Positions 39,411 through 52,335 of a stretch of DNA of 64,000 nt are shown piece by piece. A program made the position numbers and the translations under genes. Source of the stretch: Gammaproteobacteria bacterium (GTDB lineage Bacteria > Pseudomonadota > Gammaproteobacteria > Burkholderiales > SHXO01); assembly GCA_041488255.1 (NCBI GenBank), contig JBGPOV010000003.1, forward strand, positions 13,247-77,246. Reading direction: 5' to 3'. Positions within the stretch are counted from its first letter, which is position 1. Each line of letters starts with the position of its first letter. Below the pieces are notes generated by a model. The model did no database searches. It was given only the letters and a program-made list of their open reading frames with translations, and was not told the DNA's origin.

Positions 39411-40649
39411 ATGAACAAGCCCAGAGACAGCAAGAACCTCATGGTCGGCCTCGACATCGGGACGTCCAAGATCGTAGCCATGGTGGCGGATATCAAGCCG
39501 GAGGGAGGCTTCGACGTCATCGGCTACGGCAGCCATCGTTCCCGCGGGCTGAAGAAGGGCGTCGTGGTCAACATCGAGTCCACCGTCAACGCGATCCAGC
39601 GCGCGCTCGAGGAGGCCGAGCTGATGGCCGACTGCAAGATCCGCGAAGTGTTCACCGGTATCGCCGGTAGCCACATCAAGAGCTTCAACTCGCACGGCAT
39701 GGTCGCAATCAAGGAACGCGAGGTGAACCAACTGGACGTGGACCGCGTGATCGATACCGCCAAGGCGGTGAACATCCCGACCGACCAGCAGATCCTCCAC
39801 ATCCTGAACCAGGAGTTCATCATCGATGGACAAGAGGACGTGCGCGAGCCGCTCGGCATGAACGGGGTGCGCCTGGAGGTCAAGGTGCACATCGTGACGG
39901 GCGCGGTATCCGCGGCCCAGAACATCATGAAGTGCGTGCGCCGCTGCGGCTTGGAGGTGGAGGACCTGATCCTGCAGCCGCTCGCCTCGGCCATGGCGGT
40001 GCTGTCCGAGGACGAAAAGGATCTCGGCGTCTGTCTAGTGGACATCGGCGGCGGCACCACCGACATCGCAGTGTTCACCCAGGGCGCCATCCGCCACACC
40101 GCCGTGATTCCCATCGCCGGCGACCAAATCACCAATGACATCGCCATGGCACTGCGCACGCCGACCAAGGACGCCGAGGAAATCAAGTGTCGCTTCGGTT
40201 GCGCCCTGCGCGAGCTGGCCGATCCCAACCAGATGGTCGAGGTGCCCGGCGTGGGAGAGCGCGCCCCGCGCCAGCTATCGCGCCAGACCCTGGCCGAAGT
40301 GATCGAGCCACGGGTCGAGGAGTTGTACTCGCTCATACAAGCGGAGCTTCGCCGCAGCGGCTTCGAGGAGCTGCTCTCCTCGGGCATCGTAATTACCGGC
40401 GGCAGCAGCGTGATGCAGGGGATGGTGGAGCTGGGCGAGGAGATCTTCCACATGCCGGTGCGTGTGGGGACACCCAACTACACCGGCACCCTGGCCGAGG
40501 TGGTGCGCAACCCGCGCTACTCCACGGCCGTCGGGCTACTGGTGGCGGGGCTGTCCGCGCACCAGCGTCAGCAAATCGTGCGCATGCACAGCGCTTCCTT
40601 CCGGCAGGTGTTCGGGCGCATGAAGACCTGGATCCAGGGGAATTTTTAG
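39411..40649 (+). CDS. ftsA: Cell division protein FtsA
   Basis: LMVGLDIGTSKIVAMVA and VDIGGGTTDIAVF (actin-like ATPase). An alternative GTG start is at 39393. Confidence 0.9.
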   Translation: MNKPRDSKNLMVGLDIGTSKIVAMVADIKPEGGFDVIGYGSHRSRGLKKGVVVNIESTVNAIQRALEEAELMADCKIREVFTGIAGSHIKSFNSHGMVAIKEREVNQLDVDRVIDTAKAVNIPTDQQILHILNQEFIIDGQEDVREPLGMNGVRLEVKVHIVTGAVSAAQNIMKCVRRCGLEVEDLILQPLASAMAVLSEDEKDLGVCLVDIGGGTTDIAVFTQGAIRHTAVIPIAGDQITNDIAMALRTPTKDAEEIKCRFGCALRELADPNQMVEVPGVGERAPRQLSRQTLAEVIEPRVEELYSLIQAELRRSGFEELLSSGIVITGGSSVMQGMVELGEEIFHMPVRVGTPNYTGTLAEVVRNPRYSTAVGLLVAGLSAHQRQQIVRMHSASFRQVFGRMKTWIQGNF

Positions 40650-40739
40650 GCGCGTATGCGTGCCGCGATGCAACCGGATTCGATGTTCAGGGCAAGAGAG
40701 GTTGTTGGTTCCATTCATATGATCGAAGAGGAGACGGGC

Positions 40740-41894
40740 ATGTTTGAACTCGTGGATACACTCCCCCAGGAAGCCGTCATCAAGGTCGTGGGCGTGGGCG
40801 GCTGCGGCGGCAACGCCGTTGACCACATGATCGGCATGGGTGTGGAGGGCGTGGAGTTCGTCTGCGCCAACACCGACGCTCAGGCGCTGTCGCGCAACCG
40901 GGCTAAGACCCTGCTGCAGCTCGGGTCCAGCGTGACCAAGGGCCTGGGCGCGGGCGCCAATCCGGAAGTCGGGCGGCAGGCCGCTGTGGAGGATCGCGAG
41001 CGCATCATCGAGCTGATCGAAGGCGCGGACATGCTGTTCCTGACCGCGGGCATGGGCGGGGGGACCGGCACCGGTGCAGCCCCAGTGGTGGCGGAGGTTG
41101 CGCGCGAGCTGGGGATCCTCACGGTGGCGGTGGTCACCAAGCCATTTGCCTTCGAGGGAAAGCGGCTGCGCGTGGCGCAGGAGGGGCTCGAAGCGCTGAG
41201 CAAGCACGTGGATTCGCTGATCGTGATCCCCAACGAGAAGCTGATGCAGGTGCTGGGCGAGGAGGTGAGCATGCTGGACGCCTTCAAGGCGGCCAACGGC
41301 GTGTTGCATGGTGCGGTCGCGGGCATCGCCGAGGTCATCAACTGCCCCGGCATGATCAATGTGGACTTTGCCGACGTGCGCACCGTGATGTCAGAGATGG
41401 GTATGGCCATGATGGGTTCAGCCATCGCCTCGGGTGCGCAGCGCGCGACGGCAGCGGCCCAGCAGGCCGTGGCAAGCCCGCTGCTCGAAGACGTAAACTT
41501 AGCCGGCGCGCGCGGGGTCCTTGTCAACATCACCGCAAGCGCTAGCCTAAAGATGAAGGAGGTGAATGACGTAATGACCACGGTGCGCGGCTTCACCGCA
41601 GAGGACGCCACCGTGATCGTCGGCACGGTGATCGACGAGGAGATGGCGGACAACCTACGCGTCACGGTAGTCGCTACCGGCCTGGGCGCTGCGGTAAACC
41701 GTACCCAACCGAAGCCGTTGACGGTGGTCAAGACTGGCACTGACGTGAGCTCTGTGCAGGTGGTGGACTACGGCCAGCTCGAAGCGCCGGCGGTCATGCG
41801 CCGCCGGAACCGGGAGTCCACGGTGGAGGCGATGCGCCAGTCCGGCGTCGAACTGCTCGACATCCCGGCGTTTCTGCGCAAGCAGGCCGATTAG
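40740..41894 (+). CDS. ftsZ: Cell division protein FtsZ
   Basis: IKVVGVGGCGGNAV and the tubulin signature GMGGGTGTGAAPVVA. GAGGAG precedes the ATG. C-terminal DIPAFLRKQAD. Confidence 0.95.
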   Translation: MFELVDTLPQEAVIKVVGVGGCGGNAVDHMIGMGVEGVEFVCANTDAQALSRNRAKTLLQLGSSVTKGLGAGANPEVGRQAAVEDRERIIELIEGADMLFLTAGMGGGTGTGAAPVVAEVARELGILTVAVVTKPFAFEGKRLRVAQEGLEALSKHVDSLIVIPNEKLMQVLGEEVSMLDAFKAANGVLHGAVAGIAEVINCPGMINVDFADVRTVMSEMGMAMMGSAIASGAQRATAAAQQAVASPLLEDVNLAGARGVLVNITASASLKMKEVNDVMTTVRGFTAEDATVIVGTVIDEEMADNLRVTVVATGLGAAVNRTQPKPLTVVKTGTDVSSVQVVDYGQLEAPAVMRRRNRESTVEAMRQSGVELLDIPAFLRKQAD

Positions 41895-42029
41895 ACGGTT
41901 ACTGCTGCAGGTGGCACGGCGTTGTGTGTAACCTCTTGTTGCGGCACAACAATGTGCCTCATAGCACTGTTGCGAAAATGTGTATACTTAGAAAATCAAC
42001 TCCTTAGCTTCGCCTTCTGAGCCACGCCC

Positions 42030-42941
42030 ATGATTCGTCAGCGCACACTGAAGAACGTCGTCCGCGCCACCGGCGTCGGATTACACACCGGCCAGAAAGT
42101 CTATCTGAGTCTGCGCCCAGCTGCGGCCGATACAGGCATCGTGTTCCGGCGTATCGACCTGGCGCAGCCGGTCGACATCCCGGCGAGGGCTCTGGGCGTC
42201 GGCGACACCCGGTTGTCCTGCTGCCTGGAGCGCGATGGTGTTCGGGTGGCGACGGTTGAGCATCTGATGTCGGCGTTCGCCGGCCTGGGGGTCGACAACG
42301 CCTATGTCGATCTCACCGCTGGCGAGGTCCCGATCATGGACGGCAGCGCGGGACCGTTCGTGTTTCTTATCCAGTCGGCCGGGATTCAGGAGCAGAACGC
42401 GCCGAAGCAGTTCATCCGCGTCCTGGAGACGGTCGAGGTCAAAGACGGCGACAAGTGGGCCCGCTTCGAGCCGCATCTGGGGTTTCGCATGGATTTCAGC
42501 ATCGCGTTCACCCATCCGGTATTCCGGCAAGCGAGCCAGCGTATCCAGGTCGATTTCGCGACCACTTCCTATGTCAAGGAGATCGCGCGCGCCCGCACCT
42601 TCGGTTTCATGCAGGACGTCGAGACCATGCGTGCCCAGGGGCTGGGTTTGGGCGGGAGCCTAGACAACGCGGTCGTGATGGACGAGTTCCGGGTGCTGAA
42701 CTCGGACGGACTGCGGTATGAGGACGAGTTCGTGAAGCACAAAGTGCTGGACGCGATGGGCGATCTGTATCTGCTCGGACACCCGGTGATCGGCGCGTTC
42801 AGCGCGCACAAATCCGGACACGCCCTCAACAACAAGCTGGCGCGGGCGCTGCTGGCGGACAAGCCGGCCTGGGAGTTGGTCAGCTTCGAGCGCCAGGAGG
42901 AGGCGCCCGCATTCCTTAGTCTGCAGTCGCAATACGCCTGA
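42030..42941 (+). CDS. lpxC: UDP-3-O-acyl-N-acetylglucosamine deacetylase
   Basis: [17 protein letters not shown], ..VEHLMSA.., ..[12 protein letters not shown]. Confidence 0.95.
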   Translation: MIRQRTLKNVVRATGVGLHTGQKVYLSLRPAAADTGIVFRRIDLAQPVDIPARALGVGDTRLSCCLERDGVRVATVEHLMSAFAGLGVDNAYVDLTAGEVPIMDGSAGPFVFLIQSAGIQEQNAPKQFIRVLETVEVKDGDKWARFEPHLGFRMDFSIAFTHPVFRQASQRIQVDFATTSYVKEIARARTFGFMQDVETMRAQGLGLGGSLDNAVVMDEFRVLNSDGLRYEDEFVKHKVLDAMGDLYLLGHPVIGAFSAHKSGHALNNKLARALLADKPAWELVSFERQEEAPAFLSLQSQYA

Positions 42942-42995
42942 CGCGCGGCTTGGCCTCGCGCCGCCGCCCTCGGTCAACCTCCTCAGCGACGGGCC

Positions 42996-43187
42996 ATGAC
43001 TGCTGTCGCGCTACGGCTCGCCGGATTCCTAGCTCTGATCGTGATTGGGGCCTCGCTGGTCACCTATCTCGCGACCCAAGACCGGCGCTGGCTGCGTTTC
43101 GGGTGGCAAGCTCTGAAATACTCCTTGATCCTGCTGTTAATCGTTGTTGCTTTCCTCGCGCTGGAGCGGCTGGTCCTGGCGATCTGA
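42996..43187 (+). CDS. Hypothetical small membrane protein (63 aa, two TM helices)
   Basis: Two clear hydrophobic helices separated by QDRRWLRFGW. Overlaps the convergent DUF721 gene by 51 nt. Confidence 0.45.
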   Translation: MTAVALRLAGFLALIVIGASLVTYLATQDRRWLRFGWQALKYSLILLLIVVAFLALERLVLAI

Positions 43188-43613
43188 CCGAGCGCCACGC
43201 TGGAGCAGTCGGTCGAGCGCTTCGCGCAGCGGCGACACGGGGAGGGCATCGCGCAACTTGGACAAGCTGGTCAGTCCGCGCGGCCCAATCGCCGGGCGCG
43301 GCCGGGGGGGGACGTCGCTTCCCCGCGTCACTTGCACTTCGACTTGGATTGAAGTAACCTCCGGAGCGAATTTCACAATCTCGGCAACAATTCGGGGCGC
43401 GAGTTGCCTCAGCTTCGCTGCGACCGCGCTGGTGTCAGCCACCACCACCACGGTTCCCGATCGCTCGAAGGCCACCCTGCTCCTCCTGGCCAAGTCCCTG
43501 GGAACTGCCACGGCGTAGATCTGCTGCAGTGCGGTAAGCTGCTTCACGCGCACAAGAGTTGCTTGCAGCTCCCTCAAGGAACGTAGCAGCGAGCCGATAA
43601 CTGGGCTGTTCAC
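43137..43613 (-). CDS. DUF721 domain protein (DciA-family candidate)
   Basis: Pattern ..VPRDLARRSRVAFERSGTVVVVADTSAVAAKLRQLAPRIVAEI.. is typical of DUF721. Lies between lpxC and secA, as in many proteobacteria. Confidence 0.65.
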   Translation of the reverse strand: MNSPVIGSLLRSLRELQATLVRVKQLTALQQIYAVAVPRDLARRSRVAFERSGTVVVVADTSAVAAKLRQLAPRIVAEIVKFAPEVTSIQVEVQVTRGSDVPPRPRPAIGPRGLTSLSKLRDALPVSPLREALDRLLQRGARSDRQDQPLQREESNND

Positions 43614-43628
43614 AGCGACAGTCCAGGC

Positions 43629-44561
43629 GTGTCAGGGGGAAACGTGAACCTCATTCTAGTTTCCAACGGATTATCGAAGGCGCGATCATTCACGCTTGGT
43701 GCACCGCAATTGGCGATGCTGGCAATGGGCATGTTTCTGTCGGTCATCTCGCTGGCTGTCCTGCTACATTATTTCTCGCTGCGCTACGCTATCGTCAACG
43801 ACAGCCCCTACTTGCGCTCCTTGCTCGTGAGCCTTCAGGCCCAAGAGAACGAGCGGATGCAGTCCTATATGCGCGACAGCCTCAACACCATGGCTTCCAA
43901 GGTCGGCGAGCTTCAGGCGCGCTTGCTACGGGTGGATGCGCTCGGAGAGCGCCTCACCAAGGTGGCCAGGCTCAAGCCCCAGGACTTCATGTTCGACCGG
44001 GTGCCAGGCCGTGGCGGCGCCGAGTCCAGCTTACCCAGCACCGAATTCTCCATGAAGGATCTCGGCACGACGCTCGACAAGCTGTCGAGGGATCTGGAAG
44101 ACCGCACCGACAAGCTGCGGGTGCTCGAATCCATGCTCACCGAGGATAGCGCCAAGCGTCAGCTGATGCCGACCGGGATGCCCACCGAAGGCGGTTTCTA
44201 TTCCTCGAACTTCGGCTGGCGCATCGACCCGTTCACCGGGTTGAATGCCTTCCATGAGGGCATCGACTTCATGGCCGAGGAAGGTACGCCCATCCTGGCG
44301 GCCGCCGGCGGTGTAGTGGTGTACGCAGGCGTCCACCCGCAGTATGGTAGTATGCTTGAGATTGATCACGGCAACGACCTGGTGACGCGGTACGCCCACG
44401 CCTCGAAGCTGCTGGTCAAAGTGGGCGACGTAGTGCTCCGCGGGAGCAAGATCGCGGAGGTTGGCAATACGGGCCGGTCCACCGGCACCCACCTGCACTT
44501 CGAGGTGCGTCACAGGGGAGTAGCGCAGAACCCCGCGCGCTTCCTGCGGATGCCCGGCTAA
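43629..44561 (+). CDS. M23 family peptidoglycan DD-metalloendopeptidase
   Basis: N-terminal TM segment and coiled coil. C-terminal LytM domain (FHEGIDF..GTPILAAAGG..HGN.LVTRYAH..GNTGRSTGTHLHFEV). Confidence 0.85.
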   Translation: MSGGNVNLILVSNGLSKARSFTLGAPQLAMLAMGMFLSVISLAVLLHYFSLRYAIVNDSPYLRSLLVSLQAQENERMQSYMRDSLNTMASKVGELQARLLRVDALGERLTKVARLKPQDFMFDRVPGRGGAESSLPSTEFSMKDLGTTLDKLSRDLEDRTDKLRVLESMLTEDSAKRQLMPTGMPTEGGFYSSNFGWRIDPFTGLNAFHEGIDFMAEEGTPILAAAGGVVVYAGVHPQYGSMLEIDHGNDLVTRYAHASKLLVKVGDVVLRGSKIAEVGNTGRSTGTHLHFEVRHRGVAQNPARFLRMPG

Positions 44562-44583
44562 CGCCGCAAAGAATGCCGCGTGA

Positions 44584-44627
44584 GGGGTGAGAGGCCTGCG
44601 GAAGGCCTCTCGCCCCTCTTGCTTTTT
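44584..44627 (+). terminator. Rho-independent terminator downstream of the M23 peptidase gene
   Basis: 13-bp stem GGGGTGAGAGGCC / GGCCTCTCGCCCC (one G-U pair), 7-nt loop, then TCTTGCTTTTT. Confidence 0.7.
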
Positions 44628-44695
44628 GTGCGCGCCGGCCGCAACTGTAGTGGGCTCTCTATGCGCCGATACGGAGCCCGACTTACGGACATCCG

Positions 44696-47437
<2,742 letters not shown>

Positions 47438-47528
47438 TCCCTGGCTATGGCGAGCCAGGCCACCGAACGTCGCTTGCACGCAGCCCCCAGCCGGGACAAG
47501 ACAACCCGCCGTGCGTCGGTTAGCGCCC

Positions 47529-48758
47529 GTGGCAGTCAACCTTCCGCCTCCTAGTGTTGATCAGCTTCACCCGGTAGCGGGCGTCTCGCTCGGGGTTGCC
47601 GCCGCCGGGATCCGCAAGGCCGACCGTACCGATCTGCTGCTGATCGTGCTGGCGGAGGGTACGCAGATCGCAGGCCTGTTTACGCGAAACCGCTTCTGCG
47701 CCGCACCCGTGCTGGTTGCACGCCAGCATCTCCAGCATCACGCTCCTATCCGCGCCCTGGTGATCAACACCGGCAATGCAAATGCCGGGACCGGTGAGCG
47801 CGGACTGGCCGACGCGCGTCGGACCTGCATGGAGACGGCGCAGTTGCTTGGCATTGCCTCCACCCAGGTGTTGCCATTTTCCACCGGTCTGATCATGGAA
47901 TCGCTGCCGGTCGATCGCATCTGCGCCGCACTGCCTTCCTGCGTAGCCGGCTTGAGCGACGACAACTGGCTGCTTGCGGCGCAAGCAATCATGACCACGG
48001 ACACGGTTGCCAAGGTGGCCTCGCGCAGGATCGAGATCGGCGGCGAGCCGGTAACCATTACCGGCATCGCCAAGGGCGCGGGGATGATTCATCCCGACAT
48101 GGCGACCATGCTGGCATTCGTGGCAACCGATGCGACCCTTCCGCGAGCGCTATTGCATGAGGCCCTGCGTTACGCTGCCGAGCGCTCGTTCAACGCGATC
48201 ACCGTGGATGGCGACACCTCTACGAACGACGCCTTCATGCTGATGGCGACCGGTCGCAGCCGGGCAGCCGAGATCATCGATGCGTCCGGGCCGGCCTACC
48301 TTCAGTTTCAGCACGCACTGACAGCGGTGGCCTCCGCGCTCGCCCAGGCCATCATCCGCGACGGCGAGGGTGCGACCAAGTTCATCACCGTGCGGGTGGA
48401 GCGCGGTGCCACGCAGGCGGAATGCCGCTTGGTCGGCTATGCCATCGCTCATTCGCCGCTGGTGAAGACGGCGTTCTTCGCTTCGGATCCCAACCTGGGA
48501 CGAATACTGGCAGCCATCGGCTATGCCGGCATCGGCGACCTTGAGGTGAGACTCGTCGACCTGTACCTCGACGACGTACTCGTTGCGCAAGGCGGCGCCA
48601 GGCACACCGCTTACAGCGAGGCCGAGGGCAAACGCGTCATGCGACAGAACGAGATCACGGTGCGCGTGGTGCTCAACCGCGGGGTCGAGCAGGCCACGGT
48701 GTGGACCTGCGACCTGTCTCACGACTATGTCACCATCAACGCCGAGTACCGAACGTGA
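47529..48758 (+). CDS. argJ: Bifunctional glutamate N-acetyltransferase / amino-acid acetyltransferase ArgJ
   Basis: AVNLPPP..PVAGV.., autoprocessing site [14 protein letters not shown], ..[18 protein letters not shown]-terminus. The start is GTG 47529; the track ORF starts at 47511. Confidence 0.9.
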   Translation: MAVNLPPPSVDQLHPVAGVSLGVAAAGIRKADRTDLLLIVLAEGTQIAGLFTRNRFCAAPVLVARQHLQHHAPIRALVINTGNANAGTGERGLADARRTCMETAQLLGIASTQVLPFSTGLIMESLPVDRICAALPSCVAGLSDDNWLLAAQAIMTTDTVAKVASRRIEIGGEPVTITGIAKGAGMIHPDMATMLAFVATDATLPRALLHEALRYAAERSFNAITVDGDTSTNDAFMLMATGRSRAAEIIDASGPAYLQFQHALTAVASALAQAIIRDGEGATKFITVRVERGATQAECRLVGYAIAHSPLVKTAFFASDPNLGRILAAIGYAGIGDLEVRLVDLYLDDVLVAQGGARHTAYSEAEGKRVMRQNEITVRVVLNRGVEQATVWTCDLSHDYVTINAEYRT

Positions 48759-48760
48759 TG

Positions 48761-48820
48761 CGTGATTCGTGTTTCGTGATTCGTGTAGCCGGCCTCTCGA
48801 AGCGCGAAACACGAATCACG
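48761..48820. repeat. Large hairpin with a duplicated 5' arm, downstream of argJ
   Basis: CGTGATTCGTGTTTCG (48761-76) is perfectly complementary to CGAAACACGAATCACG (48805-20). A second copy, CGTGATTCGTGT (48775-86), could pair with the same 3' arm. No U-tract follows. Confidence 0.6.
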
Positions 48821-48836
48821 AGCCACGGGTTGTACA

Positions 48837-49715
48837 ATGGATGAGTTAAGCAAATTTCTCTTGCGCGTCGAGGCGCTGATCGAGCGAGTGGAACGCTGGC
48901 TGCCGCCCGATGTGCGAGCGCCCGACTTCACGGTGCAAAGGGCCTTCCGATGGCGACGGCGCAACGCTCGCGGCTACTTCCAGCCGGTGCTGCACCTGCA
49001 TCAGATTCGCTTGCAGGACCTGCAGGGTGTCGACCGGCAGAAGGCGCTGGTGGAACAGAACACGCGACAGTTTGTGCATGGCCTGCCAGCCAATAACGTT
49101 TTGCTCACCGGTGCGCGCGGGACCGGCAAGTCGTCGCTGGTCAAGGCTCTGCTGAACCAGTACGCAACGGCCGGACTGCGTCTGATCGAAGTGGAAAAGC
49201 ACGACCTGATGGACCTGCCCGACATCATCGAGCCGCTAGCTGGCCAGGCCTTCCGGTTCATCCTGTTCTCCGACGATCTGTCGTTCAGCGCCGACGAGCC
49301 GGGTTACACTTCGTTAAAGGCCGTACTAGATGGCTCGGTCTCGGCCACCCCGGACAACGTGCTGATCTATGCCACCTCCAACCGGCGCCATCTGATGCCG
49401 GAGTACATGCGCGAGAACCTGGAGGCAAAGTACGTGGGGGAGGAGATCCATCCGGGCGAGAGCGTGGAAGAGAAGATTTCGCTGTCCGAGCGCTTCGGGC
49501 TGTGGGTGTCGTTCTATCCCTTCGATCAGGACGAGTACCTGTCTATCGTGCGCTACTGGCTTGGTCAGTACGGCGGGGAACATCCTGGTGGGGAGGAAGC
49601 GCGCCGGGAAGCTCTGCAGTGGGCGTTGCAGCGGGGGTCGCGCAGCGGCCGCGTTGCCTCACAGTTCGCACGCGACTGGGCCGGCCGCCACGGCATCGGC
49701 CCGCGCCAGCGCTGA
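48837..49715 (+). CDS. DUF815 family AAA-type ATPase
   Basis: Walker A LLTGARGTGKSS and Walker B-like FILFSDDLSF. DUF815-like layout. Confidence 0.8.
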   Translation: MDELSKFLLRVEALIERVERWLPPDVRAPDFTVQRAFRWRRRNARGYFQPVLHLHQIRLQDLQGVDRQKALVEQNTRQFVHGLPANNVLLTGARGTGKSSLVKALLNQYATAGLRLIEVEKHDLMDLPDIIEPLAGQAFRFILFSDDLSFSADEPGYTSLKAVLDGSVSATPDNVLIYATSNRRHLMPEYMRENLEAKYVGEEIHPGESVEEKISLSERFGLWVSFYPFDQDEYLSIVRYWLGQYGGEHPGGEEARREALQWALQRGSRSGRVASQFARDWAGRHGIGPRQR

Positions 49716-49735
49716 GCATACTCGAATCGACCAAC

Positions 49736-50749
49736 ATGGCGAGCGCGGTGACCGTGCAGCCGGTGGAGGTCGCCGCGGCGGTGATCCTAAGGCGCTCCGG
49801 CGAGTTTCTGTTGGCGCAGCGCCTGGCCGGCAAACCTTACGCCGGCTACTGGGAGTTCCCGGGCGGGAAAGTGGAACCCGGTGAGCCGGCTCGCGCAGCG
49901 CTCACGCGCGAGTTGCGCGAGGAACTCGGGATTGAACTCACACGCGCGTGTCCCTGGGTCAGGCGCGAGTATGTCTACCCTCACGCACACGTACGGCTCA
50001 ACTTTTTCCGTGCACTGGGGTGGAACGGCGAGCCTCGCTCGCGCGAGGGGCAGGCTCTGAGCTGGCAACGGCTGGATGCGATCGGTGTGGGCCCTCTGCT
50101 GCCGGCCAATGGGCCGGTCTTGCGCGCGTTGGCGCTGCCGCCCGTGCTTGCCATCACCGATGCCTGGGAGCGCGGCGAGCGGGAACTGCTGGATCGACTC
50201 GACGCGGCGCTCGAGCGCGGCCTACGGATGGTGATGGTTCGCGAGAAACAGATGCCGCGCGGGCAGCTGCGCGCCTTCACCACCGAAGTGCTGCGTCGTT
50301 GTGCTCGCGCGGGTGCCCTCGCGTTGGTCAACAGCGACGCAGAACTGGCGCGTGTGTGCGGCGCAGATGGCCTTCATCTGACCTCGGCGCAACTGCTGCG
50401 AGGCGCACAGCGCCCCGATCTCAGCTGGTGCGGTGCGTCGTGTCACAATCGACGGGAGTTAGAGTGTGCGGCCGCTCTCGGTCTCGACTACGTCGTGCTC
50501 GGGCCCGTGCTGGAGACACCCAGCCACACCGACGCTGACCCTCTGGGATGGGAGCGCTTCGCGCAGCTCGTGCACGGCTACCCCTTGCCTGTCTATGCCC
50601 TGGGCGGCATGACACTGCAGCACCTCGGCGCCGCATGCGCAGTAGGCGCTCAGGGCGTGGCGATGGTGCGCGGGGCTTGGTCGGCCGCGCCGGGTCAGGC
50701 CTTCCCTTCGGGCTGGTCCGACTGCGCCTCGGTCGCGGCAATCCGATAA
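49736..50749 (+). CDS. mutT: Nudix (MutT-like) hydrolase fused to a ThiE/TenI-like domain
   Basis: Nudix box [30 protein letters not shown]. The C-terminal half (..[34 protein letters not shown]) resembles the thiamine-phosphate synthase fold. Confidence 0.8.
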   Translation: MASAVTVQPVEVAAAVILRRSGEFLLAQRLAGKPYAGYWEFPGGKVEPGEPARAALTRELREELGIELTRACPWVRREYVYPHAHVRLNFFRALGWNGEPRSREGQALSWQRLDAIGVGPLLPANGPVLRALALPPVLAITDAWERGERELLDRLDAALERGLRMVMVREKQMPRGQLRAFTTEVLRRCARAGALALVNSDAELARVCGADGLHLTSAQLLRGAQRPDLSWCGASCHNRRELECAAALGLDYVVLGPVLETPSHTDADPLGWERFAQLVHGYPLPVYALGGMTLQHLGAACAVGAQGVAMVRGAWSAAPGQAFPSGWSDCASVAAIR

Positions 50750-50889
50750 GACTCGGTTGCCCATTGCCCCAGGTCGATCGTCTTGCAGCGCTCGCTGCAG
50801 AACGGTCGGTGGGCGTTGGCGGAGGTCCAGGGCGTGGGCTTCCCGCAATGCGGGCAACTGACCAACCGCGGTTTGGACGTCACAGTCAT
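50695..50889 (-). CDS. yacG: DNA gyrase inhibitor YacG (zinc-ribbon)
   Basis: CPHCGKPT...[17 protein letters not shown], 64 aa. TGATG junction with zapD. Confidence 0.85.
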   Translation of the reverse strand: MTVTSKPRLVSCPHCGKPTPWTSANAHRPFCSERCKTIDLGQWATESYRIAATEAQSDQPEGKA

Positions 50890-51641
50890 CAGAGGTTGCA
50901 GAAGGTCAGGTCGAACGGTACGTCGCTCTGCACCACTCGCCTCTGGATGTCGCCGGCAAGCGTGAACCGAATGTTGAGAGCGTATTTGTTGGCGCTGACC
51001 TCCGGCACGCAGTCGTACCTGTCGTCTAGCCGCAGGCGAATGAGCTGCGCCACGCGCCCGCCCATCATCTGCTGATAAACCCCCAGTGTGCCCAGCTGCT
51101 GACTGGTACGGCCGCTCTCGCGCAGGATGCGTAGGATGATACCGACGCCGTCCTGCATGGCCAGAAATGGTGCGAGCCAGCCCTCGAGGTCGTGGCGCCG
51201 CGTCTCCGGCCTCTGGTGCAGCCAGTAGTGGTAGGAAGGTAAGTCGAACTCGCACACGCCACCGGGAATGGCTGTGCGCTGCTTGATACTCATCAACCAA
51301 TCGTTTTCGCGCAGCTCTTGCCCGGTCTTGCCCGATGTCTGAAACAGGTCGGATACCGCCCGGTCGATGTCCGCCAGAACGCTGCTCAGCGCCTGCTCAG
51401 AGATCGCCGGGTTGCTGCGCAGCGCCGACAGCGTCTGCTTCTGCCGCTCCAATTCCTGCATCATCTCGGACTTCAGATCAGCCCGGCCGGCTACATCGAG
51501 GATTTCGAACAGCGACAGCAAGGCGGCGTGATGCTCGAGCGGCTGCTCCTTGCCTGAGAAGAAGTGCACCCGCTCGTAGAGGGCCTCCATGCGCAGCAGG
51601 GTGCGGATTCGCTCGTTCAGCGGGAACTCGTAGCTGATCAC
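50889..51641 (-). CDS. zapD: Cell division protein ZapD
   Basis: [25 protein letters not shown].. matches the ZapD N-terminus. yacG-zapD-coaE synteny. Confidence 0.9.
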   Translation of the reverse strand: MISYEFPLNERIRTLLRMEALYERVHFFSGKEQPLEHHAALLSLFEILDVAGRADLKSEMMQELERQKQTLSALRSNPAISEQALSSVLADIDRAVSDLFQTSGKTGQELRENDWLMSIKQRTAIPGGVCEFDLPSYHYWLHQRPETRRHDLEGWLAPFLAMQDGVGIILRILRESGRTSQQLGTLGVYQQMMGGRVAQLIRLRLDDRYDCVPEVSANKYALNIRFTLAGDIQRRVVQSDVPFDLTFCNL

Positions 51642-51729
51642 AGCGCAGGCGGGCTGGAACGACAGGATTTGCGTGAGTATTGCCTAAATCGGCACAAAAA
51701 TAAACCCATGGCGCCCTCATGAGCGGCGT

Positions 51730-52335
51730 TCATCTGGCGCTCGCCAAGGCGCGGTAACGGGCGTCCAACGCGTCGACCTGGCGCGCCAACTGCTCAGGGC
51801 TGCCATCGTTGTCGATGAGGTCGTCGGCGACCGCCAGGCGCTGGCTGCGAGTTGCCTGCGCCTGCATGATTGCGCGCACTTGGTCTTCGGTCAGCCCGCT
51901 GCGCTGCATCGCGCGCCGCACTTGGAGCCGTTCGTCGCAGTCGATGACCAGGACACGCTGCACCAGATCACGATAGCCCCCGCTCTCCACTAATAGAGGC
52001 ACCAGCACCAGCACATACGGGCCGGTGCTTGCACGCACTCGCGCCTCGACCTCGCGCCTGATCATCGGGTGAAGGATGGTCTCTAGGGCCCGCCGCGCGT
52101 CGGGGTTGGAGAACACGCGGGTGCGCAGCTTGTCTCGATCCAGGCCGCCGTCGGCAGCCAAATACTCTGCACCGAACCGCGCTGTGATCTGCTCAATTGC
52201 GGGCTGCCCGGGTCGGGTGAGCTCGCGCGCAATCGCGTCGGTGTCCACCAGGTCGGCGCCACGCTCCTGAAACCGCTGAGCCGCAGTGCTCTTGCCCGAA
52301 CCGATTCCGCCCGTTACGCCGACGATCAGACTCAT
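51730..52335 (-). CDS. coaE: Dephospho-CoA kinase
   Basis: IVGVTGGIGSGKST P-loop, about 200 aa. Confidence 0.9.
   Translation of the reverse strand: MSLIVGVTGGIGSGKSTAAQRFQERGADLVDTDAIARELTRPGQPAIEQITARFGAEYLAADGGLDRDKLRTRVFSNPDARRALETILHPMIRREVEARVRASTGPYVLVLVPLLVESGGYRDLVQRVLVIDCDERLQVRRAMQRSGLTEDQVRAIMQAQATRSQRLAVADDLIDNDGSPEQLARQVDALDARYRALASAR

Noticed and set aside
41912-41926. Sigma-54-like TGGCACGGCGTTGTG upstream of lpxC
   Set aside because: The spacing between the GG and the downstream TTG(C) element is one nt short, and the -12 GC is replaced by GT. lpxC is not expected to depend on RpoN.
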